64,000 bases of DNA from Nitrospirota bacterium (GTDB taxonomy: Bacteria; Nitrospirota; UBA9217). Shown in pieces: positions 39,363-49,498 of this stretch. The notes beneath the pieces are model-generated. The model worked only from the letters and a program-made list of their open reading frames with translations, was not told where the DNA came from and did no database searches. Each line of letters begins with the position of its first letter. Position 1 is the first letter of the stretch. Location: the NCBI GenBank assembly GCA_963790205.1, contig CAWBNQ010000005.1:288001-352000 (forward strand), read 5' to 3'. A program made the translations under genes and the position numbers.

Positions 39363-42279
39363 TCACATCTCATGTTCCAGAACCTTCTGCTGCTGACGCG
39401 ACTCGTGTTCCTGCGATTTTCCCGGGTGAGGCATCTCCCTGAGACCGGCTCTTTCCTGGACCCGTTCCCCTCGCTGAATTTTCTCAGCTTCTGATTGCTT
39501 TATTTCCCAACTTGACGACTTCGTCAGATAGGTATTTAATGCTTCCCGTAAAGCTTCCGGGTCCCTGAAGTGGAGAGAAAGCTCCTGGTTCTCCCTTGTC
39601 CCCGCAACGTACGTCCTTTGGAAATCTTGAAAGTCCCTTCCGACCGCCCTTGGCGCCGTAGCTCCCTGGCTCTTATCCACAGTGCCCACATACCCGTACC
39701 GAAAGTAGTTATATTTATCGAGCGGGACATGGGTCTCCTCTGTCTCCCCTTTTTTGAGGTCAATGATTCGCTCCACTACCATGTGTCTGCCGCCTTCACT
39801 GATCTGCTTTACAAAAGCCATGTCGCCGTTCCTGACCCCGATTTTGCCGCTGCCGTGCAGTGAGTTTTTAAGGAACATGATCTTCTCGCCCCGGCTCAGG
39901 GGAATCTGGCGTTCGCTGTACGCAGTTATGTCCATGCCGTGATCCTTTACATCGATAGTATGCTTATTTCTAAACGTGACGCGAATGTGCCGTTCTCCGT
40001 CAACTTCGGACAAACCAAGATCCCGTGAGCTTATCGCGTAGGTTTCCGGGCGCGGCCGGCTCACGAAAAAGCAACCCCCGCACTTCATCTCTGCCGGTGA
40101 TCTGCAGGATGGTACCCCGGTTGGGCACCCCTTTCCATTTCCTGTTGATTTGGATGTAATCCCCGTCCTGGTAATTCTGGACGAAGTGGCGTTCCGCGTC
40201 GGACCGGAAGGAAACCGGTTCTTTTATCATGACCATGACCTCCTTCCGGCCGATCTCCCCGCGATCCCTGAGGGCAGCATGAAACCGGTCCCCTCCCTCG
40301 CGGACCTGCACGTTGGTCGTGGCCATGGAAATGGTGTTTTTCCAGTCCTTCATGACCTCATCGAATGCGTTTTCAGCCCGTTTCAAGTCGTCCTGCTCGT
40401 AGTGAATTGCTCCGGCTTTTTCGAGGGCGTCGATGATCTTTTCGGCCTTTCGTTCGACAAAGGCCTGCGAGATATCATGCTCCGGCGATCCCTCCCGCTG
40501 CCTCACGATATCCGTCAGATAGGCGCTGGCGATCTTCCGGTCGTCCTGGATGTCGTCAAACGGCTTGCCGGCGGCAACCGATGGAATCTGCCATCGGTCC
40601 CCGGAAAGAATGACCCGGCTGCCGGCGTCCGCTGCCATACGAAGCAGCTGGTTAAGCTGCCGGCTGCCGACCATCGAAGCTTCATCGATCACGTAAACCG
40701 TACCCGCATTCATGACTTCATGCTGTAAAAATGAATGAATGGTAGAGCTTTCGATCCCGCTCGCGTTCTTGAGTTCCCCTGCTGCCTTCCCCGTAAAAGC
40801 CAGTCCACGGACCGAGAAACCCCGCCCGGTAAACTCCCGGCTCAGCTCCTTAAAAAGGGTCGTTTTGCCGGTGCCGGCGTAGCCCTGCATGATCACAATG
40901 CGGTCGTTTGCGCTCATCACGGTCGTATAGGCCTCCCGCTGACTCTTTGTGAGGCCGCGCTCTCCGTTGATCCTGACAGCGTCGGCTTTCTCCCTGGCGA
41001 GATCCTTTTCCATCAGAGGCCGGACCTGACCCACTCCCTCCCTCGTCATGGCAATGTTTTCTGCCTCGATACGCTCCATGCCCGGCGTGGTGATGTGCCT
41101 GCCGTCTCCCGAAAGGTCCCGGAGATTGCGACCGTCTTTTAAAAGAGCGCCGGCGGCTCGCTCAAGGTCCTCGATCCTGTAGGCGGTCGGGAAAAGCTGC
41201 GCTGTCTGAAGCACCAGGTCCCGGCTGCTGAATACGCTTTCCCCGTGGCTCAGAACGTCCGCGGCCTTGATAACCGCATCCCGGGCAGTAGGCTGCTGCG
41301 CGTACTTTATAAGCGCCGCTTCCTTCGCGCGGTCGATCCTGTCGGCGATGTCGTTATCGGTGTAACCCAGTTGATTGAACCCGGCGCGGAGACTGGATCG
41401 CCATTCTTTTACGTCCGTAACCAGTTCTTTTTTCTTGCGTGTGGCGAGGCAGGCTATTTCTTTCAGTTTCGACTCGGACGCGTTGGGATACAACTGCCGG
41501 AGTTCCGGCAGCCTCTCTTTTATCTGTTGCGACCTGGCCGACGCCTGCTCTATGACCTCTTTCGGCATTCCCGCGAGCTCCACGTTGCCGTGGCTTCTGT
41601 CCAGGAGGGGAACGCCCTGTTCCTTGAGCAGGGTGGCAAACTCGGACATGTGCAGCTGGCCCAAGTACTTCTGATTCTCGAAGACGGGCCTGTTGTCGAT
41701 CGCGCGCCACTTCCCGTCGGCGGTCCGGGTCATATTCAAGAGAAAAGAGTGGGTATGCGTCTGGGGGTCCTGCTCGCGGGAAATATGGTGATCGTAATTG
41801 CCAAAGGCGGCCTTCCCCGTGAATTCAAGCTCGATTCGGCCCTTCTTCCAGATACGCGCGGCAACGAGGTTTCTCTCGATGTAACGATTCGTCTTCGCGA
41901 CAGCATTGTGGTGGGCCGCCATGATCTTTTCCGCAAGCTCCCGGAGCCTCGGGTCCTCGCTATCTTTGTAGGCCTCGACGATCAGAGAAAAGCCCTTGGG
42001 AAGGGAGTACGTGATATCGGTGCCGCCCTCCTTGTCCTGGACCCTGACGGTGCCGTCCGGCTGGGTGTACTCGCGCGCCTCGTACTTGACCAGCTCGGTG
42101 CCTTCCTGGTCCTTGCCCCATACCGCGTTTTTCCAGTCCTCGGGGTCTATTTCGCCCTCGCGGCCCTGCGCCTTCGCAAGATCACCGGACCAAAGTCCTT
42201 TACCCTCCTGGGTGTAGTAGCTGTCTTTTTCGTAATAACCCTGGGCGTCTTTCGCAGCCATGCCGGAAACACTGAACAT
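39363..42279 (-). CDS. MOBF (TrwC/TraI-like) relaxase-helicase, frameshifted near 40060
   Basis: YYEKDSYY, DITYSLPK, HHISREQDPQTHTH, GYAGTGKT, IDEASMV; C-terminal YVGTVDKSQGAT in a second frame. Confidence 0.92.
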
Positions 42280-42290
42280 AAGGGACTCCT

Positions 42291-42518
42291 TTATGATCGC
42301 GGCCTGGGCGTGCACCGCCGCGACACGTTGTAATCGCTCATTTCGAACAATCCCTCGTCTTTCGGGCCATCAAGGCCGCGAAAAGCATCGCATCGAAATA
42401 TGTTTTTCGGCCGTCCCGAAGTCGATCTCCCGGAAGGGACCCGTTTGACGAAAACGTAGACGTGCCTGCTGCCAACACGGCAAACCTCGTCACCTGGCTT
42501 CAATAATGTCGGCTTCAT
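42291..42518 (-). CDS. Small hypothetical protein
   Basis: Tightly packed co-directional ORF with an upstream GGGAGG. Confidence 0.5.
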   Translation of the reverse strand: MKPTLLKPGDEVCRVGSRHVYVFVKRVPSGRSTSGRPKNIFRCDAFRGLDGPKDEGLFEMSDYNVSRRCTPRPRS

Positions 42519-42729
42519 GTTCTCTGCTCACCTCCCTGTCGATTTCTCCGCCTTTTTTTTCCGTGTTTCCATTGCCTGCGACACGGCAGACCGTGTGAAA
42601 CTTTTTCTTTGGATGATAGACAATGACTTCGGACCTGCCGCCTGACGCGCAGGTAATGCGCTGGCCTTCCTGACCGCATGCCGGGCAGGTTATCCTGGCG
42701 CCTCGTCCGGATTCGGATTGATTCATCAT
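42490..42729 (-). CDS. Small Zn-finger protein
   Basis: AGGAGG RBS; CPACG...H....C. Confidence 0.55.
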   Translation of the reverse strand: MMNQSESGRGARITCPACGQEGQRITCASGGRSEVIVYHPKKKFHTVCRVAGNGNTEKKGGEIDREVSREHEADIIEAR

Positions 42730-42811
42730 GGCCTCCTGGTTGGCCTTACTCTTCCTTCCGGGAGGGAGTCCGGAAGGAAGAGAAGGTTGATATGCTCGAA
42801 GCCCGGCTTCG

Positions 42812-43012
42812 TTACGCGGCCGCGGCGGCTTTCTCTTTCCTTTCCTTCGCGATCAGCCAGCCATCCCAATTGCCGGCCGGGACGACGTTCAGCTTGATTG
42901 ACCGCTTGCCGTCGTTCTCGATCAGGACACCGACGTTTTCCCACTGCGCCTTGCTGTCCTTCTTGTCCTCCGACTTCTCTTCCCTCTTCCAAAGCAGATC
43001 GTAAATCTTCAT
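42812..43012 (-). CDS. Small protein, possibly ssDNA-binding
   Basis: AGGAGG RBS; W..VG....DG..SIKL..VP pattern typical of small mobile-element beta proteins. Confidence 0.55.
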   Translation of the reverse strand: MKIYDLLWKREEKSEDKKDSKAQWENVGVLIENDGKRSIKLNVVPAGNWDGWLIAKERKEKAAAAA

Positions 43013-43246
43013 GGTGTTCCTCCTTTGCGGTTTGAAATCCAAAGCAGAGCACCCCCTCCCTCCGGGGGCCTTCACATGCAGACAGGCCCCCGAGGGTAGG
43101 GATGAACACCCCGCGATAATACACATGGCTTTTGCGGGCCGATAAGAATCCTTTAAGCATGCGGCATGACAGAGCGAAGCGATGGCGTGACGGATGCGGG
43201 GATTCAGGCCGCAAAAGTTATCTGGTGCCGCTTTATGAACGGGGTC

Positions 43247-44320
43247 CTATCCTCCGCGAAATAATTCGATTGCCTTGCTCCTGATCGCGTATTTAAAATC
43301 CCTGATTGCCGGGGACATCGTGGCCTTTGCCTGATCGACCCACGTCTCCTTTTCCTGTTCGGGAAGAGCATCGAACTCTGCTGCCATGCGGTCATAGGCC
43401 TCTTCTTCGGCTTTTTTCTTTTGCGCCGCGCCGATTCGTTTCCGCTCTGCCGCTTCCTCTGCCTTTCGCCCGTTTTCGAGCCGGAGATGATACGGGACAT
43501 AATCAAGAGGCGGGGTAACGCCCTCGAAGAGCCCCTTGACCAGGACGGCCACGGGGTCTTTGACCGTCTTCCCGCTTCGCCTGAATGTCGCGATGAGCAT
43601 GTCGAGCGAATCGAAGAGGCGCCTGGCACCGTATTTTTTGGCGAACATCCGTAATTGCTGTTCGTTCAGCTTCTGGAAGGGTGTGCCGTTAATGAGTTTC
43701 GTGATCTCATCGACAACGACGACGGGACCAGCGGTTTCGGAGCTGTCGGCCGTCTCTGACTGCGCTAGCGTCCGCGGCGTGCTTCCCTCGGGTCCTGACC
43801 CGGGCTTTTGGGGGGTGAAGTGGGTTGTTGTATTATTTTTTATTAGTTTTATATTTTCTTTGGGGTGACACTGTGACACCCCGGGGGGTGACATATTGTC
43901 ACCAGGGGGGGTGTCGCCATGACACCGGGGGGCGGGTGTCACCGTGGCACCCGCCCCCTCTATCCCGGTCCCGGAAGAATGGCGAAGTAAAATATACCGG
44001 TTCGTGGCGTCCCCGCCGTCGGGCCGGGACCTGCGCTCGACGCGCAGCAGGCCTTTTTTTGACAGGACCTCGATAGACCGCTGCGCCGTTCGTATGGATA
44101 CGCCGGCGCGCCTTGACAGGCTGTGGACGCTGGGCCGTATCTCCCGGCAGCCCGCGTACGATTTGAGGGCGATCCAGACGAGCTTTTCCGTTCCGGACAG
44201 GTCCGAGCGGTCAAGCATCCAGTTCCAGACGGCGGTAAACGGGTCCCCGCTCTGGTCTCGAATCTCGATTTCGTGATTGAAGCTATTTTGAGGTGGGTTC
44301 ATCGGTTTTCCGTGCACCAC
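43247..44320 (-). CDS. Phage-type replication initiator (winged HTH)
   Basis: LSGTEKLVWIALKSYA...PSVHSLSRRAGVSIRTAQRSIEVL..KGLL...TNRY; internal iterons. Confidence 0.85.
   Translation of the reverse strand: MVHGKPMNPPQNSFNHEIEIRDQSGDPFTAVWNWMLDRSDLSGTEKLVWIALKSYAGCREIRPSVHSLSRRAGVSIRTAQRSIEVLSKKGLLRVERRSRPDGGDATNRYILLRHSSGTGIEGAGATVTPAPRCHGDTPPGDNMSPPGVSQCHPKENIKLIKNNTTTHFTPQKPGSGPEGSTPRTLAQSETADSSETAGPVVVVDEITKLINGTPFQKLNEQQLRMFAKKYGARRLFDSLDMLIATFRRSGKTVKDPVAVLVKGLFEGVTPPLDYVPYHLRLENGRKAEEAAERKRIGAAQKKKAEEEAYDRMAAEFDALPEQEKETWVDQAKATMSPAIRDFKYAIRSKAIELFRGG
43826..43951. repeat. Intragenic origin: four 17-bp palindromic iterons plus AT-rich tract
   Basis: GGTGWCRNNNTGDCACC at 43864, 43887, 43910 and 43935; AT-rich 43826-43861. 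Confidence 0.8.
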
Positions 44321-44424
44321 TGGCTCTTTCCGTCCGGGGGCCGAAAGGCACCCGTGGACTCACTGATCCGCAAACGTTCCCGCAGGCGCACCCCATCGGC
44401 CATTCTCTCATGTATTCTTTATAT

Positions 44425-44508
44425 AGTATACTGTATACTATATTTTAAAGTCAAGCCTGAAATTGATTTAATGCTTTACATTGCCTTTCAAGTAGTATAT
44501 AGTACACT
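44425..44508. promoter_or_regulatory. Divergent rep/XRE promoters with two operators
   Basis: AGTATAC-T-GTATACT at 44425-44439 and AGTATAT-A-GTACACT at 44494-44508; TTGACT-N18-TATACT (minus) and TTTACA-N17-TATAGT (plus). Confidence 0.75.
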
Positions 44509-44510
44509 GT

Positions 44511-44939
44511 ATGAATAGAACGGAATTCGGCGGGTATCTTACGGCAAGAAGAAATAAAATGGGCTTTAGCCTCGTCAAAATGGCTGAAAAGACGGGTCTT
44601 TCTCCGTCGATGCTGAACCAGATGGAGCATGGGGCAATTATAAAACCCAGCTATGATACGCTTCTGAAGGTCTGCAAGGCGTATGATGTGGACGAGAATG
44701 AAACGCGGCGTGTTTTTTTCGAAGAAATCCCGGTATCGGCCTCCAAAGCGAGAAAAGTGGATATTTTGGGCGAGCCCGAAGAACTGATCAGTTTGCTCAA
44801 CAGTTTTTTGATGGAAATTGACAGCAATTTATCCCCCAAAAAGAAGAAAGACTTAATAAATAAGTTCATGAAGGAAAGGGTCGAGAGTAAAAAAACCGTG
44901 GCTGCGGACGCGGGCAAGCATTCGAAAAGGTCCGCGTAG
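44511..44939 (+). CDS. XRE family repressor
   Basis: FGGYLTARR..GFSLVKMAEKTGLSPSMLNQMEHG...PSYDTL. Confidence 0.9.
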   Translation: MNRTEFGGYLTARRNKMGFSLVKMAEKTGLSPSMLNQMEHGAIIKPSYDTLLKVCKAYDVDENETRRVFFEEIPVSASKARKVDILGEPEELISLLNSFLMEIDSNLSPKKKKDLINKFMKERVESKKTVAADAGKHSKRSA

Positions 44940-44951
44940 TGAAGAACGTCC

Positions 44952-45416
44952 ATGAACGATACTGAAAATAGGTCGAACAAGATAATTTACTTATCTGAAG
45001 AAGCAATAAAGAGAGGCCGACGGTTGCCTTCGGAGGAAGAGAACGCAAGCGAACTTAAAGATGATTTGAAACAATATCTCCTTAACTATGTCGAGAGCAG
45101 TTCTGCCTCAGAGCCGCTGAACCCCGACAAAGCAAAATGTCCGGTATGCAATAACAATCCGGCTCGCGCCGCGATTACCTGCCCTGACTGCGGCTATCCC
45201 CTCCGCGAACATTTAAAAAAAGAACAGATCGAAGCCAACTGGAGAAAAAGTAAAAAGTGGCTGATCATTCTGGGGTGTTCTTCTTTTGTCGGCTATGTTT
45301 TGTCTGTGAAATTTAATTCATCGTTCATGGCGGTCTTTACGATAATTTTATTGGCTCTTCTATTGCCAATTGTAATAACAAATTTTGGAAGCATCGGTGG
45401 GAAGAAAAGCGCTTAA
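44952..45416 (+). CDS. Zinc-ribbon membrane protein
   Basis: CPVC...CPDCGYP followed by two TM helices. Confidence 0.7.
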   Translation: MNDTENRSNKIIYLSEEAIKRGRRLPSEEENASELKDDLKQYLLNYVESSSASEPLNPDKAKCPVCNNNPARAAITCPDCGYPLREHLKKEQIEANWRKSKKWLIILGCSSFVGYVLSVKFNSSFMAVFTIILLALLLPIVITNFGSIGGKKSA

Positions 45417-45569
45417 AGTAAGATGGCGTTAAAGGATATATAGTTACAGTCTTAATAGAGGGTGTTCACGCCAGCAGTTTATGATACCAGAGTTAGAAAA
45501 AATGGGGTAACGCTCTCCCGTTGACGGCATCTGGAATAAATGCCTTCATGCTCAGCCAGGCCGACTGCG

Positions 45570-45810
45570 GCTGAACAGCGGGTTGGCTTCTTTTACTTCG
45601 ACGATCTTCTGTTTGACCGGGGCGGGAAGGCTTCTGCCCTTTCCCCGGTAGTTTGTGGTAAGCCCTGCTTCACCGTCACGACGATAAGCTAGCTCTCACC
45701 GCCTTATGGTCTCACCGCTCAGCCCGCGTTCCTGCCGAGTCACCGAAACAGAAACGCTCTCCTCAAGGTGCTTCTTAACTACTTTAAACTTGAAATCGGA
45801 TCCCTACCGC
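45570..45810 (-). pseudogene. Decayed transposase N-terminal HTH remnant (IS481/IS3-like)
   Basis: Manual translation DFKFKVVKKHLEE...ETIRR*...YRRDGEAGL...LPAPVKQKIVEVKEANPLF across frames. Confidence 0.55.
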
Positions 45811-45847
45811 TTGAATGGCCGTGTAAAGCAGTAAATCAATATTTAGC

Positions 45848-45877
45848 TTGACTTCAATATTCAGTATACAGTATACT
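45848..45877 (+). promoter_or_regulatory. xis-int promoter with overlapping operator
   Basis: TTGACT-N18-TATACT containing AGTATAC-A-GTATACT (45863-45877). Confidence 0.75.
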
Positions 45878-46152
45878 GTATATAAATACTTCACGCAGCA
45901 TAATAGCATGAAACATATGGTGTGGTGTGCACCACACCATATCAAACAGGCGGGACTATGACTGCAATCGAAATTGACATGGACAAATCTACGGTGAAGT
46001 TCGCGAGTGGAGTTGGGGTCAGCGAGATCCCCTTTTAGCAGGATGGGAAATAAAGCCGCCCGGCTGGGTTGCGCTGATCGGCATTGTTATCTATTTTACG
46101 TTTTATCAGGAAATACCAACAAAAAACAGAACGAATAAAGGAAAAAGAAACC

Positions 46153-46467
46153 ATGACGTTTGTAACAGTAAAAGAGCTTTCTAGATTCCTTACAGTCAAA
46201 GAATCGACACTTTACTCATGGGTGCATACCGGCTTAATCCCTTTTCATAAGCTAAATGGGCTGATACGTTTCGACATGGTAGAAATCGAAAACTGGGTCA
46301 AGGCTTCACGCAAAGAACCGCAGAAACAGGAACTTTACATCGTGAAAAAACATCCTCAAGACATAGACTCCATCGTCAAAAGAGCTATTGAAGGCGCAAA
46401 GGGTAAAGAGTATAATCCATCCAACGGGAAACCAGGCCAAATGCAAGGTCTCAGGAAGGAGGTTTAA
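46153..46467 (+). CDS. Excisionase-like HTH protein
   Basis: VTVKELSRFLTVKESTLYSWV..GLIP..K...LIRFD; stop overlaps the integrase start. Confidence 0.85.
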   Translation: MTFVTVKELSRFLTVKESTLYSWVHTGLIPFHKLNGLIRFDMVEIENWVKASRKEPQKQELYIVKKHPQDIDSIVKRAIEGAKGKEYNPSNGKPGQMQGLRKEV

Positions 46468-47531
46468 TGGGACTGTTTAAGCGAGGCCAGGTCTGGTGGA
46501 TGAGATTTTCTTTCAATGGTAAGCAGGTAAGAAAGCCGACAGAGACGACCGACAAAAAGCTGGCTGAAAAGATTCACCACAAAGTAATGACTCAGATTGC
46601 AGAGGGCAAGTGGTTTGAAAATCCCATCGGCTCAGACAAGACCGTTCGGGAGCTGTTCGAAAAATATCTGGATGAGCACTCCGCAAAAAATAAAACGGTT
46701 GAAACGTATGAGCGGGACAAGGGCATTGTCAAGATCATCAATCGCCACTTCGGCGATATGCAACTCTCTGCGGTCGGGCCGAAAACCATTTCAGAGTACA
46801 AGGTTATGCGAAGGGACAAGGGCCGGGCTCCAAGTACGGTAAACCGTGAGTTATGCCTTCTCAGTCACGCTTTCAACCTTGCAATCAAAGAATGGGAATG
46901 GATGGATTTTAACCCTGTCTCACACGTCTCACGGGAACGGGTTAATAATCAAGTGGAACGCTGGCTCACTTTTGAAGAGCAAGAGAAAGTTTTAGCCGTC
47001 TCCCCTCTTTGGTTACGGGAAATTATCATCTTTGCCGTGAACACGGGCTGGCGACGATCTGAAATTCTGGCTCTCAAATGGGACAAGGTTGATCTGTTCA
47101 AAAAAACGCTTACCATCTTGGAACAGAAAAACAAGGGTAAGGACACACAGCCATTTAATGAACGCGTCTTGGACGTATTAAAGGCAAGGTACAAGGTTAG
47201 GTCGATTGCATCGAATCTTGTATTTTATGACAGCGAAGGAAAAGAGTTTGACGGCAGGCACGTCTTGAAGGTTTTCACTCGTACAGTCAAGCTGGCAGAG
47301 ATCGCGCATTGCAGGTTTCACGATCTGCGCCATACCTTCGCAACAAGGCTTGTTCAGGCCGGTGTCGATCTTTATAAGGTACAGAAGTTGATGCGTCACA
47401 AATCGCCTATCATGACGCAACGCTATGCGCACCATTATTCGGAGAGTTTACGGGATGGGGTTGATACCTTGGACAGGATTAGCACAAATTTAGCACAGTC
47501 CAATGTAAGTGAAGTGAAAAAAGCCTTGTAA
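46467..47531 (+). CDS. Tyrosine integrase
   Basis: TGWRRSE, FHDLRHTFA, MRH..IMTQRY; ends next to the tRNA 3' end. Confidence 0.95.
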   Translation: MGLFKRGQVWWMRFSFNGKQVRKPTETTDKKLAEKIHHKVMTQIAEGKWFENPIGSDKTVRELFEKYLDEHSAKNKTVETYERDKGIVKIINRHFGDMQLSAVGPKTISEYKVMRRDKGRAPSTVNRELCLLSHAFNLAIKEWEWMDFNPVSHVSRERVNNQVERWLTFEEQEKVLAVSPLWLREIIIFAVNTGWRRSEILALKWDKVDLFKKTLTILEQKNKGKDTQPFNERVLDVLKARYKVRSIASNLVFYDSEGKEFDGRHVLKVFTRTVKLAEIAHCRFHDLRHTFATRLVQAGVDLYKVQKLMRHKSPIMTQRYAHHYSESLRDGVDTLDRISTNLAQSNVSEVKKAL

Positions 47532-47544
47532 CCTCTTGTAAAAT

Positions 47545-47620
47545 TGGTGGACGAGAAGGGGCTCGAACCCTCGACCCCCGCATTGCGAACGCGGTGCTCT
47601 CCCAGCTGAGCTACTCGCCC
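47545..47620 (-). tRNA. tRNA-Ala (CGC)
   Basis: 76-nt cloverleaf GGGCGAG...CTCGTCCACCA, G3:U70 pair, anticodon loop TTCGCAA. Confidence 0.96.
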
Positions 47621-47885
47621 ATTGACGTTAGGCGGCTATAATCTAATCTATCGGGTGAAATAAATCAAGCGAAAAATAGGATGCGCGCGTCAAGGGACGG
47701 ACGATCAACAAGAGCAATGTCATTCCCGCCTTACCCATAACCTCAGCCTCAACCTGATTTCTTCCCTCGGTCCCCGTTTCTCCGAAAGAAACATCCTGTT
47801 TGACCATCCGGGAATAGTATAGTAAGCTTAGCGGAGAAGTAAAACTCTTAAGGCGGATCGTACGATAATAAAAAACAAAAAGTTT

Positions 47886-48467
47886 TTGCGGATACTCGGA
47901 TACGCCGCGGCGGCCGCGCTGACCCTTCTCGTTTCATGCGCGGGAACTCAGCCGGACAGGGCGGCCGCGACCCGCCCGCAAAAAACCAAACCTACCCTCC
48001 GTATAGCGCAACTGGAAAAAGAGATCCACGTTCTTATCAACAAAGAGCGCAAGAAGCACAATCTGTCCGCGATGGCGTGGAACGATGCATTGTCGGCTAT
48101 CGCCAGAAAACACAGCAGCGACATGGCAAAGAGAAACTATTTCAGTCACTTTTCCCCGGAAGGACACGATTTTTCATACCGCTATAAACAAGAGGGATAC
48201 TCCTGCGCCGTTCCAGTCGGCGAGCGTATCTATCTGGGGGCGGAAAACATCTTCCAGAACAACCTCTATGACCGGATCGTCTTCATCGATGGCATGGCGC
48301 ATTATGAGTGGAACAGCATGGCGAAGATCGCGGACACGACGGTCCGGGGATGGATGAACAGCCCGGGGCATAGAAAGAACATCCTGACCCCCTATTGGAG
48401 GAGCGAAGGCATCGGCGTGGCAATTTCGCCGGATGACAAGGTTTACATAACACAGAATTTTTGTTAG
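47886..48467 (+). CDS. CAP/SCP domain lipoprotein
   Basis: LVSC lipobox, INKER, ARKHSSDMA, AENI, WMNSPGHRKNIL. Confidence 0.9.
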   Translation: MRILGYAAAAALTLLVSCAGTQPDRAAATRPQKTKPTLRIAQLEKEIHVLINKERKKHNLSAMAWNDALSAIARKHSSDMAKRNYFSHFSPEGHDFSYRYKQEGYSCAVPVGERIYLGAENIFQNNLYDRIVFIDGMAHYEWNSMAKIADTTVRGWMNSPGHRKNILTPYWRSEGIGVAISPDDKVYITQNFC

Positions 48468-48477
48468 AGAAAAACCT

Positions 48478-48769
48478 TATTGCGAGGAGCGCTTTCCGCG
48501 GCGCGGCAATCTCGAACTTATCAATGGTCTCATAATAGTCTGTACCCTCTAGTTCGTCATTCCTGCGAAAGCAGGAATCCAGGGGATAACCAAAAAACCA
48601 CTGGATTCCGGGTCAAGCCCGGAATGACCGCTTTGGAGGATAGCTTAAAAACGATAGGGCGATGTTCGTTCTATTATGAGACCGTTAATATTTGTTCTGA
48701 TTAGCTACGGGATTGTGGAGTTTATTCCAAACTGCAAAAGCGAGATTGCTTCGCTGCGATCGCAAGGAC
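48478..48769. repeat. Nested palindromic REP/MITE-like elements
   Basis: GCAATCTC/GAGATTGC encloses GGTCTCATAATAG/CTATTATGAGACC, which encloses GTCATTCCTGCGAAAGCAGGAATCCAG...GGAATGAC. Confidence 0.75.
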
Positions 48770-48802
48770 GGCTAAAAGACTTTTTCAATACCTGTTAACG
48801 CT

Positions 48803-49186
48803 TCACCCCTTCCACGCAATAAAATCCATTTCAAGCGCAACGTCCTTCGGAAGCCGGGAAACCTCGACCGTGGCGCGGGCCGGCGGGTCTGACGGGAAAT
48901 AACCTCCGTACACATCGTTCACTGCGGCAAAATCAGACATGCTCTTGAGATAGATCGTGGTCCTGACAACCGCTGACAAGGGACAACCCGCGGCCGCCAG
49001 GATGGCTTTTGCATTTTCGAGCACGAGCGCGGCCTGGGCCTTGATGTCCGCTGCGGCCACGGCCCCCGTCTTCGGGTCAAGAGGTATCTGACCGGACACG
49101 AAAACGAAGCCTCCAGCCTCGACAGCCTGTGAATAAGGCCCGATAACCTGGGGAGCATCTGAAGTTTTTATGATTTTTTTGCTCAT
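48803..49186 (-). CDS. ridA: RidA family enamine deaminase
   Basis: IGPYSQA, SGQIP, PPARA, LPK...E. Confidence 0.93.
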   Translation of the reverse strand: MSKKIIKTSDAPQVIGPYSQAVEAGGFVFVSGQIPLDPKTGAVAAADIKAQAALVLENAKAILAAAGCPLSAVVRTTIYLKSMSDFAAVNDVYGGYFPSDPPARATVEVSRLPKDVALEMDFIAWKG

Positions 49187-49279
49187 ACAAGCCTCTCGTT
49201 ATGGTTTAATTAAATGCCGTATAATGCTGTTATTGTTATGTTAAATAAACTTGAAGTAAACCTTGAGATTCATATCAAC

Positions 49280-49498
49280 GGTCTCGTGATAGAATCGGCA
49301 TGCGCTCCGCTTCACGTAAAACCGTCATTCCTGCGAGGGCAGGAATCCAGTTCTTTCAGTAAACTCTGGATGCCGGATCAACGGCATGACGAAAAAGGAT
49401 AATAAACTACCCCGCCGCAAGCAGCGGGGTATTGAGAACCTTATAAAAACGTATTACGCCGCAAGCGGCGGGGAATTCAACCCGGAGTTACGATTAAA
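49280..49498. repeat. REP-like element and MITE-like twin-hairpin element
   Basis: GTCATTCCTGCGAGGGCAGGAATCCAG...GGCATGAC at 49324-49390; CCCCGCCGCAAGCAGCGGGG and CGCCGCAAGCGGCG hairpins. Confidence 0.65.

Larger units (their letters stand above)
35297..47544. mobile_element. Backbone of an integrative mobilizable element at tRNA-Ala (left boundary not identified)
   Basis: int-xis-XRE-rep-MOBF-RHH-parM-T4CP adjacent to the tRNA 3' end. Confidence 0.8.

Noticed and set aside
41245..42333. Long antisense ORFs (also 51187-51945, 52318-53244, 62410-63588)
   Set aside because: Shadow frames opposite well-supported GC-rich genes
35297..47531. Prophage
   Set aside because: No capsid, terminase, tail or lysis genes; conjugative relaxase and coupling protein are present instead
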